From Pirellulales bacterium (GTDB lineage Bacteria; Planctomycetota; Planctomycetia; Pirellulales; S012-138), in assembly GCA_028066245.1 (NCBI GenBank), contig JALCBR010000007.1:6748-70747 (forward strand): a DNA stretch of 64,000 nt. The letters run 5' to 3'. The notes below the pieces were generated by a model. That model searched no databases. It was not told the origin of the DNA and saw only the letters and a list, made by a program, of their open reading frames with translations. The first letter of the stretch is position 1. Every line of letters begins with the position of its first letter. Shown in pieces: positions 39,280-49,016 of this stretch. A program made the translations under genes and the position numbers.

Positions 39280-39960
39280 ATGCTCCCGATCGAAGTCGAA
39301 GCGATTCCTGGTTTTCGTGAGCCGGTCAGTAGTTTGTCGCACCTGCTAGCGATTCCGTTCTTTTTAGTTGCTGGCTATTTCCTCATCCGCAAAGGTCGTG
39401 GCAGCCTCGGACGCACCGTGAGCTTGGCAATCATGGCTGCTTCAACGGTTGCATTGCTCACCGTCAGCACGATCTACCATATCCAGGATGAACAGACGAC
39501 CGCACGATATGTGTTTTGGCAACTGGATATGGCCGGCATCTTTGTGTTGATTGCGGGAACGGTCACACCGGTGCACATGATCCTGTTCCGCGGCTTCCAT
39601 CGTTGGGTGCCGATTGCGCTCATCTGGCTCGCAGCAGCCGTTGGGATCACTCTCCGCAATCTCTACGCAGAAGAACTCATGACGGCTAGTGACGCGTTAT
39701 TTGTGCTCATGGGCTGGGGTGGTTCGTACTCGTGCATCATCCTCTGGAAGCGTTACGGCTTTCCGTTCGTGCGACCGCTGCTGATTGGCGGGTTGGCATA
39801 TACGCTAGGAGTTGTGTGCATCACTTGGCGAAATTGGCCCGACCTTGTCCCCGGCGTCGTCGATGGGCATGCTTTGTGGCACTTTGCCACCCTCATTGGC
39901 TTGGCTTTTCATTGGAAGTTTGTCTTCCAATTCGCGCAAGGGCGCCCGGCGGAAGCTTGA
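39280..39960 (+). CDS. hemolysin III / PAQR-family membrane protein
   Basis: 226 aa with seven predicted TM helices. It carries the N-terminal SHLLAIPFF block and the C-terminal HALWHFATLIGLAFHW block typical of Hly-III. Confidence 0.8.
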   Translation: MLPIEVEAIPGFREPVSSLSHLLAIPFFLVAGYFLIRKGRGSLGRTVSLAIMAASTVALLTVSTIYHIQDEQTTARYVFWQLDMAGIFVLIAGTVTPVHMILFRGFHRWVPIALIWLAAAVGITLRNLYAEELMTASDALFVLMGWGGSYSCIILWKRYGFPFVRPLLIGGLAYTLGVVCITWRNWPDLVPGVVDGHALWHFATLIGLAFHWKFVFQFAQGRPAEA

Positions 39961-41049
39961 CTACGTCACTAGGGCTCCGTCCGCTCGCAGATATTGCAAG
40001 AAGTCGAGGTCAAGGATCTCAAACGGAGAAGCCACTTTCTGCCAACGCTCGCCACGCTGGTCGATCTGCCAATCCTCGATCGGGCCTAAGCCTTCGCTGG
40101 CGAACTGGAGGTAGTTGATTCTTGTCGGATCAAGACCCATGACTCGAGCGAGTGTTGCGTCCAGCGCCGGGAGATTTGTGCCCACAGCCACAAGTCCCAG
40201 GTGTTTGCGGCTCCCCATGATTGGGCCGTCGCCTTCCATGCATTCGATCCCGTCCACGATACCGATCGTCCGCCCACAACTGGCGTTGATGTCAACGACG
40301 GTTTGCGGAATCCCGTTGTAGTGCAGCACGTTCTTGGGCCAGCCGTACTTAATGCCTGGTAGCGTCCCGTACAGATTCTTCATGCTGGCGGTCATGCCCA
40401 CCCAGTGATGCGTCTTGAGCTTGGGCATGCTGACGACCAGGTCCGTTTCTGCGACAGCCTGCGGAAAAAAGAAGTGATCGAGCCCGCTGTGACGCCCGCG
40501 ATTGATGCTGAGCTTCACGTCCTGATAGTTCATGTCCGCAAAGGCGAGCCGCTCGCTCCGGAGCGCCTCGCCAACACCGGATTCTGCGAGCGCCATCTCG
40601 GTATCGCGCACATGTCCAGGAGCTTCTCCAATCGTCACCTTTGCGCCATGCCGCAAGAAGACATCCGCTGCTGCGACAATCATGGCCGGATGCGTGGTCA
40701 TGTGTGGCACATCGCGTGATGGCTCGACCATGTTCGGCTTGAGTAGAACTCTCCGGCCTCGGACCCAGGCGAAATCGAAGCCGACTTCCACCAGCCCGGT
40801 TTCGATCGTTGCTGCAAGATCGGTCGAGTAACTTTGATTGGCCGCCAGGAAAACCGACTGGCGTTCGGCCAACAATCGCTTGGCAATGGGATACCCCACG
40901 ACGCCCGCAGCAGCGGCCGCGGCGCCGCCAATCAATAACGCTCGGCGGTTAAACTTGCCCGGACAGCCACCGGACTGGCCACCAGTCGACGACTGGGGGC
41001 AAGCCGGGCGATGAACATCGCCATCATGTTGGGAAGCATCGTGCGTCAT
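39961..41049 (-). CDS. DUF362-like protein with a twin-arginine signal
   Basis: 362 aa with a Tat-type leader (FNRRALLIGGAAAAAAGVVG) and a core block (RVLLKPNMVEPS...TIGEAPGH) resembling DUF362. Its start overlaps the upstream gene's stop (TGATG). Confidence 0.7.
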   Translation of the reverse strand: MTHDASQHDGDVHRPACPQSSTGGQSGGCPGKFNRRALLIGGAAAAAAGVVGYPIAKRLLAERQSVFLAANQSYSTDLAATIETGLVEVGFDFAWVRGRRVLLKPNMVEPSRDVPHMTTHPAMIVAAADVFLRHGAKVTIGEAPGHVRDTEMALAESGVGEALRSERLAFADMNYQDVKLSINRGRHSGLDHFFFPQAVAETDLVVSMPKLKTHHWVGMTASMKNLYGTLPGIKYGWPKNVLHYNGIPQTVVDINASCGRTIGIVDGIECMEGDGPIMGSRKHLGLVAVGTNLPALDATLARVMGLDPTRINYLQFASEGLGPIEDWQIDQRGERWQKVASPFEILDLDFLQYLRADGALVT

Positions 41050-42095
41050 CAGGCATGCTGCTCCTGATTCGAGGGTGTAGCATCTGGCAACACATCCACG
41101 GCCAAGGTTGGAATCAATGGCGCGGCGCCCCCTTCCACAGCCAGTAACAAGAGCGCCAGCCGCTGCACGTTGCCATCACCGAGTGCCCTTTCGGCCAAAT
41201 CACTCATCTGTGTGGCAAAGCTCGGCTGGTCATTGTTTCGCGAGCGAGCTTTAACTGTGTCGGTCTTTGCGCTGGTGTTGGCTTGAGCTCGCCCATGGGC
41301 CGCCAAGCCCAGCGTGGCGTAGGCGAGGGATGCCGCGCTATGTTGCAGCGGCGCTTCGCGCTGTAAAAAATCCAGGGAACGTCGCACGCGAGGATCGACG
41401 GTAGTTTCGCCTGCCAGCGCAATCATCACCAGTCCAGTTGGTTGTACGTGCGGGCGAAGCTGCTGTCCGAGGACAAATGTGTTTCCGTAGTTACAGCCGC
41501 CTTCGGGCAAGAGTCGATCCGTCAGCAGTCTGGCAGCCTCCCGAGCGCGCAGGTGCTGACTTTGCCCAGCGGATTTCAAAGCCAATAATGCGTAGGCGGT
41601 TGGCTCCAGCCAGGAATGTGTTCCCGCGACCCATGGCCAACCAACGAGCGTGGTGTCGTGCCCAATGTTCCCTTGCCTTGGTGGAATGATCTCACCACGT
41701 TGTTGCAGCATCCACCTCACAGCGCGCTGTGAGTTTTCCCGATACGCCGTGGAATCGACGCTCGATCCATTCCAAGCGATCACGGCCAGCGCTGTCGGCC
41801 ATTGTGGCTGTGATTCCGTCTCCGTAACGCCCAAGCTGCCATCTGGGGCTTGCCATTTCGTAAGCGCTTGCAATTGATTCGCCGCGTCCAAGTCCCGTCC
41901 ATGCGCGGACAGGGCCAGTGCTGAGAGAGCGGTTGGTTCTGTCGCCCCGGCACCGCCTGGGACGTAGCCGGGACCAACGTTCTCGGACAGGAAATCAAGA
42001 GCTTGGGGGATCCAATTCATGGCTTTGGCATGACGCGATGTGATTGCGCCATTGCGAGCGAGTTGCACAACTGAAACAGCCGCCACGATTGTCAT
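41049..42095 (-). CDS. prenyltransferase/squalene-cyclase-repeat-like (alpha/alpha toroid) protein
   Basis: 348 aa with repeated TALSALAL...DGS(L)G, WPTALAVIAW and EPTAYALLAL units, characteristic of terpenoid-cyclase/prenyltransferase-type repeats. Confidence 0.6.
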   Translation of the reverse strand: MTIVAAVSVVQLARNGAITSRHAKAMNWIPQALDFLSENVGPGYVPGGAGATEPTALSALALSAHGRDLDAANQLQALTKWQAPDGSLGVTETESQPQWPTALAVIAWNGSSVDSTAYRENSQRAVRWMLQQRGEIIPPRQGNIGHDTTLVGWPWVAGTHSWLEPTAYALLALKSAGQSQHLRAREAARLLTDRLLPEGGCNYGNTFVLGQQLRPHVQPTGLVMIALAGETTVDPRVRRSLDFLQREAPLQHSAASLAYATLGLAAHGRAQANTSAKTDTVKARSRNNDQPSFATQMSDLAERALGDGNVQRLALLLLAVEGGAAPLIPTLAVDVLPDATPSNQEQHA

Positions 42096-42269
42096 CTACG
42101 GAAAGCCTAGCACGCGCAGCAGCCGAGCATGAACGCATAAACGGTTTTGTGCGCCATCGAGAGCGCCGTAGAGTTTTCGTGCATCTTGCTGGATCGGCCG
42201 AACCTTGTCTTGGATTCACCCGGGTCCGGATCATTCCGTCCAGTTGCGTTAGACCGCCCGCACGGACAC

Positions 42270-44051
42270 ATGCCGCAGACGATTCTCAACAGACTGACAG
42301 CGCCGCGCAGCGAACACCCCCTGGAGTTAGAAGGGTTGCGCGTGTTGTGGTGGATGCACATCGCCACAGCCGGATTCCTTGCGGTGCTGTTTCGTATGTG
42401 GAATTTGGGATCGATCCCCGGCGTTAACGGAGATGAAGCCTGGTACGGAATGGTGACCAGCCAACTGCTCTCCGGAGAGAGTTCTACTTGGCTGACACCC
42501 ACCGGGAATCCGCTCAATCCGTTCTACTTTGGTCCGATGTTGTTTCTGCATTCGCTATTCGGACCATCATTCACCATCTTGCGAGTGACGTCCGTGGTGA
42601 GCGGGCTGGTGGCGCTGGTTGCGAATGTCGCGCTGTGCCGGAAACTATTTGGCGAGCGGACAGCGTTGATCTCAACGATGATCCTGGCTGTTTTGCCGAT
42701 CAACATTGCCTACAGCCGGTTTGGCTGGGACACGAGCCAGACCTTGCTGGCAACAATCTTCGTGCTGTATGCATCTGCAGCTCTGGCACGCTGCGGTTTC
42801 GACATCGAAAAAAGCGAAGTCATCACCGGACGCAGAAAGCGGCGAGCTCGCTTTCAAGATCCACAAGGACGCCGCACGCGTTTTCTGCTGTTTTCGGTCG
42901 TCGCGTTAGGATGCTCCGTGTTGGTGCATCCAACCAACATCTTCCTGGCTCCGTTGGTTGTGGTGTGTGCGCTGACCGCTTGGCAGGTCGAGCTTCGCAG
43001 GTTCTTTGCCCGCCCAATAGTCAGGCGAAACTTGGTGGGCATTGTGGCCGGCTCAGTAGTTGTGAGCACAATTGCAACCGTTATTGGATCTTACTTGGCT
43101 GAAGACACGTTTCGTCGGCTGCTGTCGGTCGATCAGATGTGGGACTTTGGCGTTGGCTATGCTCGACTGTTTTCTGGCGTCACGGTCTATCGATACATTG
43201 CAGGCACTTGCTTGCCAGCGTTCAGCGGTGATCTCTCGATCTTCAACGGGTCAATCTATGATTTCTTGGGGCAGCTCCTTGTGATCCTCGCGGGTTTCTG
43301 CGTGGGATGGTGGCTGTGGAAAGCACGCCCAAAGCTTGAGCTGGTGTTGACAGGCGGCTACCTGTTGTCTGTGTTTGGTTTCTATGTGGTCGCCGGGCCC
43401 GAAGCGATCCAACCACACTTTGAGCGCTACGCCTTGTGCTTGATTGCCCCTGCTGTGCTGTTGATTGCCAGGGCAGGCATCAATGTTTTCGAATCCCGCC
43501 GAGCACTGGGTGCGGTGATCTGTGCTGCCGCGTGTTGGCTGTTGTTGCTCAGTTTCTTCGGCAACTACTTCTTGGCCATGGAGGCAACCGGCGGGCAATC
43601 ACACCGCGCCTTCCGAACAGGCGAAGTTGAACCCAAGTTTGCCGCCTACGAACTAATCAAGTACGCGGAAGAACCCGCAGTGGATCAGTCTGTGGTAATT
43701 TATGCTGACGAATGGTGGAACCATCAGCCGCTTGCCTATCTGGCAAGCAAAGACGAATCCGTGACCGTCCGTGAACTCAGGATCGACAATGCGGCTGACT
43801 CGCAGACCCAGGCAATGGTCGAACATCTGCAATCTGAGGACGGTTCCGCCTGGATTGTGGTCTTTTCCGAGGGGGATTCGCTGCGACAGACCTTGGATTT
43901 CTTGACAACGCGTGAGATCCCTGCCACGCCAATGGAACAAATTAACGATTATGCTGGGCGACCGGTTTTGATCCTGGTCAAAGCCGGATGTGGGGCCAAC
44001 TTTGAACCTGTGAAGAAGCCGGCAGGGATAGCACTCAGGACCACCCTGTAA
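42270..44051 (+). CDS. ArnT/PMT-family (GT-C fold) membrane glycosyltransferase
   Basis: 593 aa from the ATG at 42270, with at least 10 hydrophobic helices. The N-terminal loop FRMWNLGSIPGVNGDEAWYG is typical of dolichyl/undecaprenyl-phosphate-sugar-dependent transferases. Confidence 0.7.
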   Translation: MPQTILNRLTAPRSEHPLELEGLRVLWWMHIATAGFLAVLFRMWNLGSIPGVNGDEAWYGMVTSQLLSGESSTWLTPTGNPLNPFYFGPMLFLHSLFGPSFTILRVTSVVSGLVALVANVALCRKLFGERTALISTMILAVLPINIAYSRFGWDTSQTLLATIFVLYASAALARCGFDIEKSEVITGRRKRRARFQDPQGRRTRFLLFSVVALGCSVLVHPTNIFLAPLVVVCALTAWQVELRRFFARPIVRRNLVGIVAGSVVVSTIATVIGSYLAEDTFRRLLSVDQMWDFGVGYARLFSGVTVYRYIAGTCLPAFSGDLSIFNGSIYDFLGQLLVILAGFCVGWWLWKARPKLELVLTGGYLLSVFGFYVVAGPEAIQPHFERYALCLIAPAVLLIARAGINVFESRRALGAVICAAACWLLLLSFFGNYFLAMEATGGQSHRAFRTGEVEPKFAAYELIKYAEEPAVDQSVVIYADEWWNHQPLAYLASKDESVTVRELRIDNAADSQTQAMVEHLQSEDGSAWIVVFSEGDSLRQTLDFLTTREIPATPMEQINDYAGRPVLILVKAGCGANFEPVKKPAGIALRTTL

Positions 44052-44312
44052 GGACGCAAGGCTCACGGAAGTGACAACTTCTTCCTGCTTATAGAAGCTC
44101 CGGTGTTGGAGGCTGGTCATTCCTTGACGTGGCGCGCAACGATTGTGATCCACTGCGACCAGAAGCGGCCGCGAGCACAAATCACCGCAGACCACCCAGT
44201 CATCCCAGTCCGCCTTGGCTCAACGGTCGACCTCGGCTAAGATTCGCGCCTCATCTGCGCGGATGATCCGCGCAAGCAGGGTACGGATTCGCGCTGGCAA
44301 TGGAGTGCGGCG

Positions 44313-45746
44313 ATGAACGCGATCATTCTACTTTTGGCGGCAAGTACCGCAGGTGTCGATGTCGGCTGGCAACCACTGGCTGGTGGCGGCTTTGAATACA
44401 TCATTCAGATCGAGCCCGAGGCGCTGGAATCGCTGAAGGCAGGAAACGACATCATCAGCGAAATCCCGCCGGAGCTGGTTGGCGTCAAGCGATACCGCAT
44501 CACCGTGGGGACTGGACCAGTTCCACGGATTGGAACTCCACCGGAAATCGCCTCCGGACAATTCCAGCCGAGTGCTGCCGGCCGAGTTGAGGCCGCCCAC
44601 GATCCGTTTGCCAGTCAGGGGGTGTCAAACTTGAGTCGGAACGGTCAAGAATCTGGCTCAACTGGCGACCGATATGCAAACAGCGCAATCGATCCCTTTG
44701 CAAACCGTCAAACTGGCGACATTGCCGGCAGTGCAGCAGCCGGAGCAACGCCCGCTACTGACAAAGACAATTCGCTGATCAATCGCGTCCAAGACCGTCT
44801 CTACGGCGACAGCACAGCCGAGCCAAGTTCTGCAACGAGCCAAAGCACTGCCGAGACTGATAATTCAGAGCAACCCGGATCCGACGCGGGCTCAGGTACG
44901 GCAATCGGAGGAACAGCGGGCGTTCCGGAGATGGGTTCCAATCCGTTCCGGCAAGATCGCTATGCCAACAATCCACGCTACACAGATCAATCAACTCGAT
45001 TTAGCGGAGGCGCCGCAGGAACGACCGCTGAGAGAACGGACGGACAAACACCAAACCGCAGCTCTTTTCCAGATTCCGCCGACTATGGTGACTTACCGCC
45101 GGGTGAGTACCTCATTCCGCTTGCCGCCTCCGGGGCGTCAGGTATTGAGAGTTCCGCTGGAAATACAACTCGCGATATCTACGGAAGCAGCGGCATTGGA
45201 GATCGATACGCCGACCGGTACGCGAACAGAAATGTGGATCAACCCCCAGCGGCGGATCCAACTGTCTCTGGCCAGTCTTCTTCAGACGTCAACAGTGGCC
45301 AAGACGCGGACAACAAACAAGAGAACAACGGACAAGGCGATGGCAGTTCACAGCCTGGTGGATTGAAGCTGAGTGATGTCAATTCGTCATCGGACCTTTT
45401 GCAACGATATCGATCCGACAGGGGAACTGTCGATTCGACAGAAAACGAGACACCCCCTCCCACGATTAGCCCAGACAACGCCACGCGATTGGCAAACTAC
45501 CGTAGCGATGAAGCCGGACCCAACGGCAAGTCTCAAGATCAAGAAGCGGTATCAAATACTCCGGCCGAACAAGGACAGCCAGGCTGGATGTGGACGATTG
45601 TCGTGCTGGCAATGTTTGCATCCGTTGGCGCCAACGCCTGGCTGGCAGTGCTACTGCGTGACTCACGCCACAAGTACAGCCAACTGTTGAACCGATATCA
45701 AAACGGTGAAGAGGCTGAATATGAAGAGGAGTACGAAGAAGTCTGA
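44313..45746 (+). CDS. hypothetical protein with DRYA(N/D) repeats and a C-terminal membrane anchor
   Basis: 477-aa ORF with a short N-terminal hydrophobic leader, a globular head (GWQPLAGGGFEYIIQIEPEALESLK), a long S/G/T/D/N-rich region holding four DRYA motifs, one C-terminal TM helix (WMWTIVVLAMFASVGANAWLAVLL), and an acidic EEAEYEEEYEEV tail. Confidence 0.6.
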   Translation: MNAIILLLAASTAGVDVGWQPLAGGGFEYIIQIEPEALESLKAGNDIISEIPPELVGVKRYRITVGTGPVPRIGTPPEIASGQFQPSAAGRVEAAHDPFASQGVSNLSRNGQESGSTGDRYANSAIDPFANRQTGDIAGSAAAGATPATDKDNSLINRVQDRLYGDSTAEPSSATSQSTAETDNSEQPGSDAGSGTAIGGTAGVPEMGSNPFRQDRYANNPRYTDQSTRFSGGAAGTTAERTDGQTPNRSSFPDSADYGDLPPGEYLIPLAASGASGIESSAGNTTRDIYGSSGIGDRYADRYANRNVDQPPAADPTVSGQSSSDVNSGQDADNKQENNGQGDGSSQPGGLKLSDVNSSSDLLQRYRSDRGTVDSTENETPPPTISPDNATRLANYRSDEAGPNGKSQDQEAVSNTPAEQGQPGWMWTIVVLAMFASVGANAWLAVLLRDSRHKYSQLLNRYQNGEEAEYEEEYEEV

Positions 45747-45876
45747 TCCACGCTGATGCCGAGTGAATTCCAACTTGGACGTTGCGCGCAAAACCTCCCT
45801 AGCTCGTTGGGAATTGCGTGCCACAAGGCTCAACGATTGAGTGACTCAGCGATGGAACCCCATATCCTCGGAGGGG

Positions 45877-46398
45877 CTACTTGGGAGCCAACCGGCATTC
45901 CATCCGGCGTCCAGACCGGCGTGGTTCGCTCTCGATCTTGCTGACATCGGACAGTGATTCCACAATCTGTTCGATGATTTTTTGTCCTTCCTCCTGGTGA
46001 GCCATCTCCCGCCCTTTGAAGAGGACGGTGATCTGGACTTTGTCCTTGTGGCTCAGGAAATCGCGTGCTTTGTTGACCTTGACTTGAATGTCATGGTCAC
46101 CGGTTTTGGGCCGCACGCGGATTTCCTTGATCTTCTGCTGATGAGATGCGCTCTTGTTGGTGCGCTTGCTCATCTGGTACTTGAACTTTCCAAAGTCCAT
46201 GATCCGGCAGACGGGAGGTCTCGCTTCAGGAGCGACCTCAACCAAATCCAACCCGACATCGCGGGCCATGGTAAGAGCCTGATCAGTGGAGATCACACCG
46301 ACCTGTTCTCCGTCCGCTCCCACGACGCGCACGGGAGAAATCCGAATCTGTTCATTAATACGATGTTTCGGCGCGTTGGGTACAGGCGGCCGTCTCAT
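45877..46398 (-). CDS. infC: translation initiation factor IF-3
   Basis: [22 protein letters not shown]...[23 protein letters not shown]...KEIR..P...HD...K...A..FL.....V is canonical IF3. The ATG at 46398 gives 173 aa. An in-frame TTG at 46413, with AAGGAGG 5 nt upstream, is an alternative start. Confidence 0.9.
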   Translation of the reverse strand: MRRPPVPNAPKHRINEQIRISPVRVVGADGEQVGVISTDQALTMARDVGLDLVEVAPEARPPVCRIMDFGKFKYQMSKRTNKSASHQQKIKEIRVRPKTGDHDIQVKVNKARDFLSHKDKVQITVLFKGREMAHQEEGQKIIEQIVESLSDVSKIESEPRRSGRRMECRLAPK

Positions 46399-46674
46399 TC
46401 CCCTTGGTGGCAAGTTGTCCTCCTTTGTCTGAGATGATGTGTCCTGGTCGGAACCAGGCTGCCGGCGAACCTCGCCGGGCAAAACACTGAGATAATTGTT
46501 CCAAACGGGTGGAATTTCTTGAGCCAGGATTACGCCTCCTGGCCATTCACATGGCGACAATCGCTGTCGCCCCCAAGATGTTCGTGATCTTTCCTGAAAT
46601 ATCGATCACTCAAGGCGGCCGGTCAAATCTTTTCTGCCGATTGCGCGGACGCGCCTTGTTCACCATGATAGCGA

Positions 46675-48717
46675 TTAATACTCATGATCGCTCCCCCGAG
46701 CAGCCAGTCCGGCATCGGATTCGAACTTCTGCCGCACGGTTTTGGCATCAATCTCGGCTTTGAGCCGTGCCACTGCTTTCTCGATAGGCAAAGCTCCCAC
46801 ATCGCCTTCCAGCCGGTCACGAAGGCTCACCGTCTGATTCTCCTGGTCTCGACCACCGACAACAAGCATATAGGGAATCAATTCCAGCTGAGCATCTCGA
46901 ATTTTTGCTCCCAGTTTTTCCGCACGATAGTCGCCTGAGACGCGCATGCCCGCCTGGCGGAATTGTGCTTCAACCTTGCGACCATAATCCTCAAACTTGT
47001 CACTGACGGTCAAGACACGAGCTTGCTCAGGGGCCAGCCAAAGCGGAAAGGCACCGGCGAAATGCTCAATCAACACGCCAATGAACCGCTCCATGGACCC
47101 CAACGGCGCTCGGTGGATCATGACTGGCCGATGCGGAGCGTTGTCCGCTCCGATGTACTCCAGCTCGAAACGGTCTTCGCTGGGCAAGTTATAGTCAAGC
47201 TGAACAGTTCCTAGTTGCCATTCGCGCCCTAAACAGTCAGTAACCACAAAATCCGCCTTGGGTCCGTAGAACGCTGCTTCGCCTTGCTCAATTTCCAGGT
47301 TGGGCAAGTCCATGCTCTGACAGACTTCGCGCAGCGCCGCCTCCGCACGGTCCCAGACCTCCGGGTCGCCCACGTATTTTTCGCCATCTGGATCCCGGAA
47401 ACCAAGTCGCACACGATAGTTGTCCATGCCGACACATTGGAGCACGTGCTGAGTCATTTCGATGCAGCCGCGAAATTCTTCCGCGACCTGATCTTCCGTG
47501 CAGAACAAATGCGCGTCATCCTGCGTGAACCCTCGCACACGGGTCATGCCACCCAGTTCGCCGGACTTCTCATAGCGATACACCGAGCCGAACTCGGCCA
47601 GTCGCACCGGCAATTCACGGTAACTCCGTGGGCGCGACTTGTAGATCATGATGTGGTGCGGACAGTTCATCGGCCGCAGCAGGTACTTTTCGCCTGGCTC
47701 CATCTCGATCGGCGCGAATTGGCTGTCCTGGTAATACGGAAAATGACCAGAGGTCTCATACAGCTCAACACGCCCCACATGCGGCGAGTAGACTGGTGAA
47801 TAGCCGCGTTTGATCAATTCGTCCTTAACGAAGCTTTCCAGCACGCCCCGAATGATGGCGCCTTTGGGGTGCCAAAGCACGAGCCCACTTCCGACCATCG
47901 GACTAATCGAAAACAGTTCGAGCTGTTTCCCCAACGCTCGATGGTCACGTCGCTTGGCTTCTGCCACGCGAGCCAGGTGTTCATCCAACTCTTGTTGACT
48001 GAAGAACGCGGTCCCATAGAGCCGCTGCAATTGCTGCCGGGATTGGTCTCCTTTCCAGTAGGCGCCAGCGATGGAGAGCAGCTTGAATGCTCCGATTGCT
48101 CCTGCAGCTGGAATATGCGGCCCTCGGCAAAGATCGATAAATTCGCCCTGTCGATAGAATGAGAGTTGTTCGTGCTCGGCAAGCCCCTCTTCGATGTGCT
48201 CGACTTTCAGCGGCTGTTCCAGATTCTGGCAAAGTTCCAACGCTTTCTCACGCGGTTCCTCGATCCGCTCGAACGGCTCGTCAGCTTCGATGATCCGCTT
48301 CATCTCCGCCTCAATTTTGGGGAAGTCCTCCTCCGAGATTGGCTCTTCTAAACCAATGTCGTAGTAGTAGCCGTTATCAATGGTTGGGCCGAAGGCCAGC
48401 TGGACGCCTTCAAAGAGCCGCATCACAGCCCGTGCCATCACGTGGGCACAACTATGCCGCATCACTCCCAACGCTTCGGGAGACTTGCGGGTGAAGATAC
48501 GGATGCCGACATCGCCCGACTTCGGCAAGGGATAGTCCAACCCGACAATACGTTTACCTGAGACATGCTCGGCGGGAGGGCTGTTTTCTTTGATCTCCAC
48601 TTCAGCCGCGAGAGCATCTTTAGCAAGACGAGGTCCGATGCGGGCGGCGACTTCAGCGGGAGTGACAGATGCGGGAAAATCCAGAACTTTGCCGTCAGGC
48701 AAATGAACGTTGAGCAT
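46675..48717 (-). CDS. thrS: threonine--tRNA ligase
   Basis: 680 aa. It has an N-terminal TGS domain ([11 protein letters not shown]), an editing domain (HSCAHVMA), a class II core ([28 protein letters not shown]) and an anticodon-binding domain. The classical thrS-infC order is kept. Confidence 0.95.
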   Translation of the reverse strand: MLNVHLPDGKVLDFPASVTPAEVAARIGPRLAKDALAAEVEIKENSPPAEHVSGKRIVGLDYPLPKSGDVGIRIFTRKSPEALGVMRHSCAHVMARAVMRLFEGVQLAFGPTIDNGYYYDIGLEEPISEEDFPKIEAEMKRIIEADEPFERIEEPREKALELCQNLEQPLKVEHIEEGLAEHEQLSFYRQGEFIDLCRGPHIPAAGAIGAFKLLSIAGAYWKGDQSRQQLQRLYGTAFFSQQELDEHLARVAEAKRRDHRALGKQLELFSISPMVGSGLVLWHPKGAIIRGVLESFVKDELIKRGYSPVYSPHVGRVELYETSGHFPYYQDSQFAPIEMEPGEKYLLRPMNCPHHIMIYKSRPRSYRELPVRLAEFGSVYRYEKSGELGGMTRVRGFTQDDAHLFCTEDQVAEEFRGCIEMTQHVLQCVGMDNYRVRLGFRDPDGEKYVGDPEVWDRAEAALREVCQSMDLPNLEIEQGEAAFYGPKADFVVTDCLGREWQLGTVQLDYNLPSEDRFELEYIGADNAPHRPVMIHRAPLGSMERFIGVLIEHFAGAFPLWLAPEQARVLTVSDKFEDYGRKVEAQFRQAGMRVSGDYRAEKLGAKIRDAQLELIPYMLVVGGRDQENQTVSLRDRLEGDVGALPIEKAVARLKAEIDAKTVRQKFESDAGLAARGSDHEY

Positions 48718-48840
48718 GAGGAACTATCTTCCGTGCGAGATGAGCGGACAGAAAGGGCATCGGTACAAAGGACGCCAAGGGCTTTCGTCACGCTGGCGCG
48801 ACGCCGCAACCACTTTCGGCGCAAAGCATTGCATCCGCCA

Positions 48841-48868
48841 AGTATAGAGGTCCGCATCGCGCTGGCAA
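48841..48868 (-). promoter_or_regulatory. candidate sigma70-type promoter for thrS
   Basis: On the minus strand it reads TTGCCA (48868-48863), a 16-nt spacer, then TATACT (48846-48841). This implies a leader of about 115 nt before the thrS ATG. Confidence 0.4.
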
Positions 48869-48958
48869 GGGTAACGACAATCGCCTAACGCTAAGGTTCA
48901 CGATGTGTCGAAATCGGAAGCCTGGTCTGACAATCGACACGAAGGATAGCCACAAAGA

Positions 48959-48992
48959 AAACGGGCGGCTCCTGGAGGGAACTCACCCGTTT
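48959..48992 (-). terminator. candidate terminator hairpin after the FHA-domain gene
   Basis: A 7-bp stem AAACGGG/CCCGTTT (48959-48965 and 48986-48992) closes a 20-nt loop. It lies about 25 nt after the stop at 49017 and is followed on the minus strand by TTCTTTGTG. Confidence 0.35.
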
Positions 48993-49016
48993 CTGCGTTT
49001 TACGCGTCGGTGGAGA

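Noticed and set aside
46720-46735. GGATTCGAAC string, a reverse-strand T-loop look-alike.
   Set aside because: It lies inside the well-supported thrS CDS and no cloverleaf can be drawn around it.
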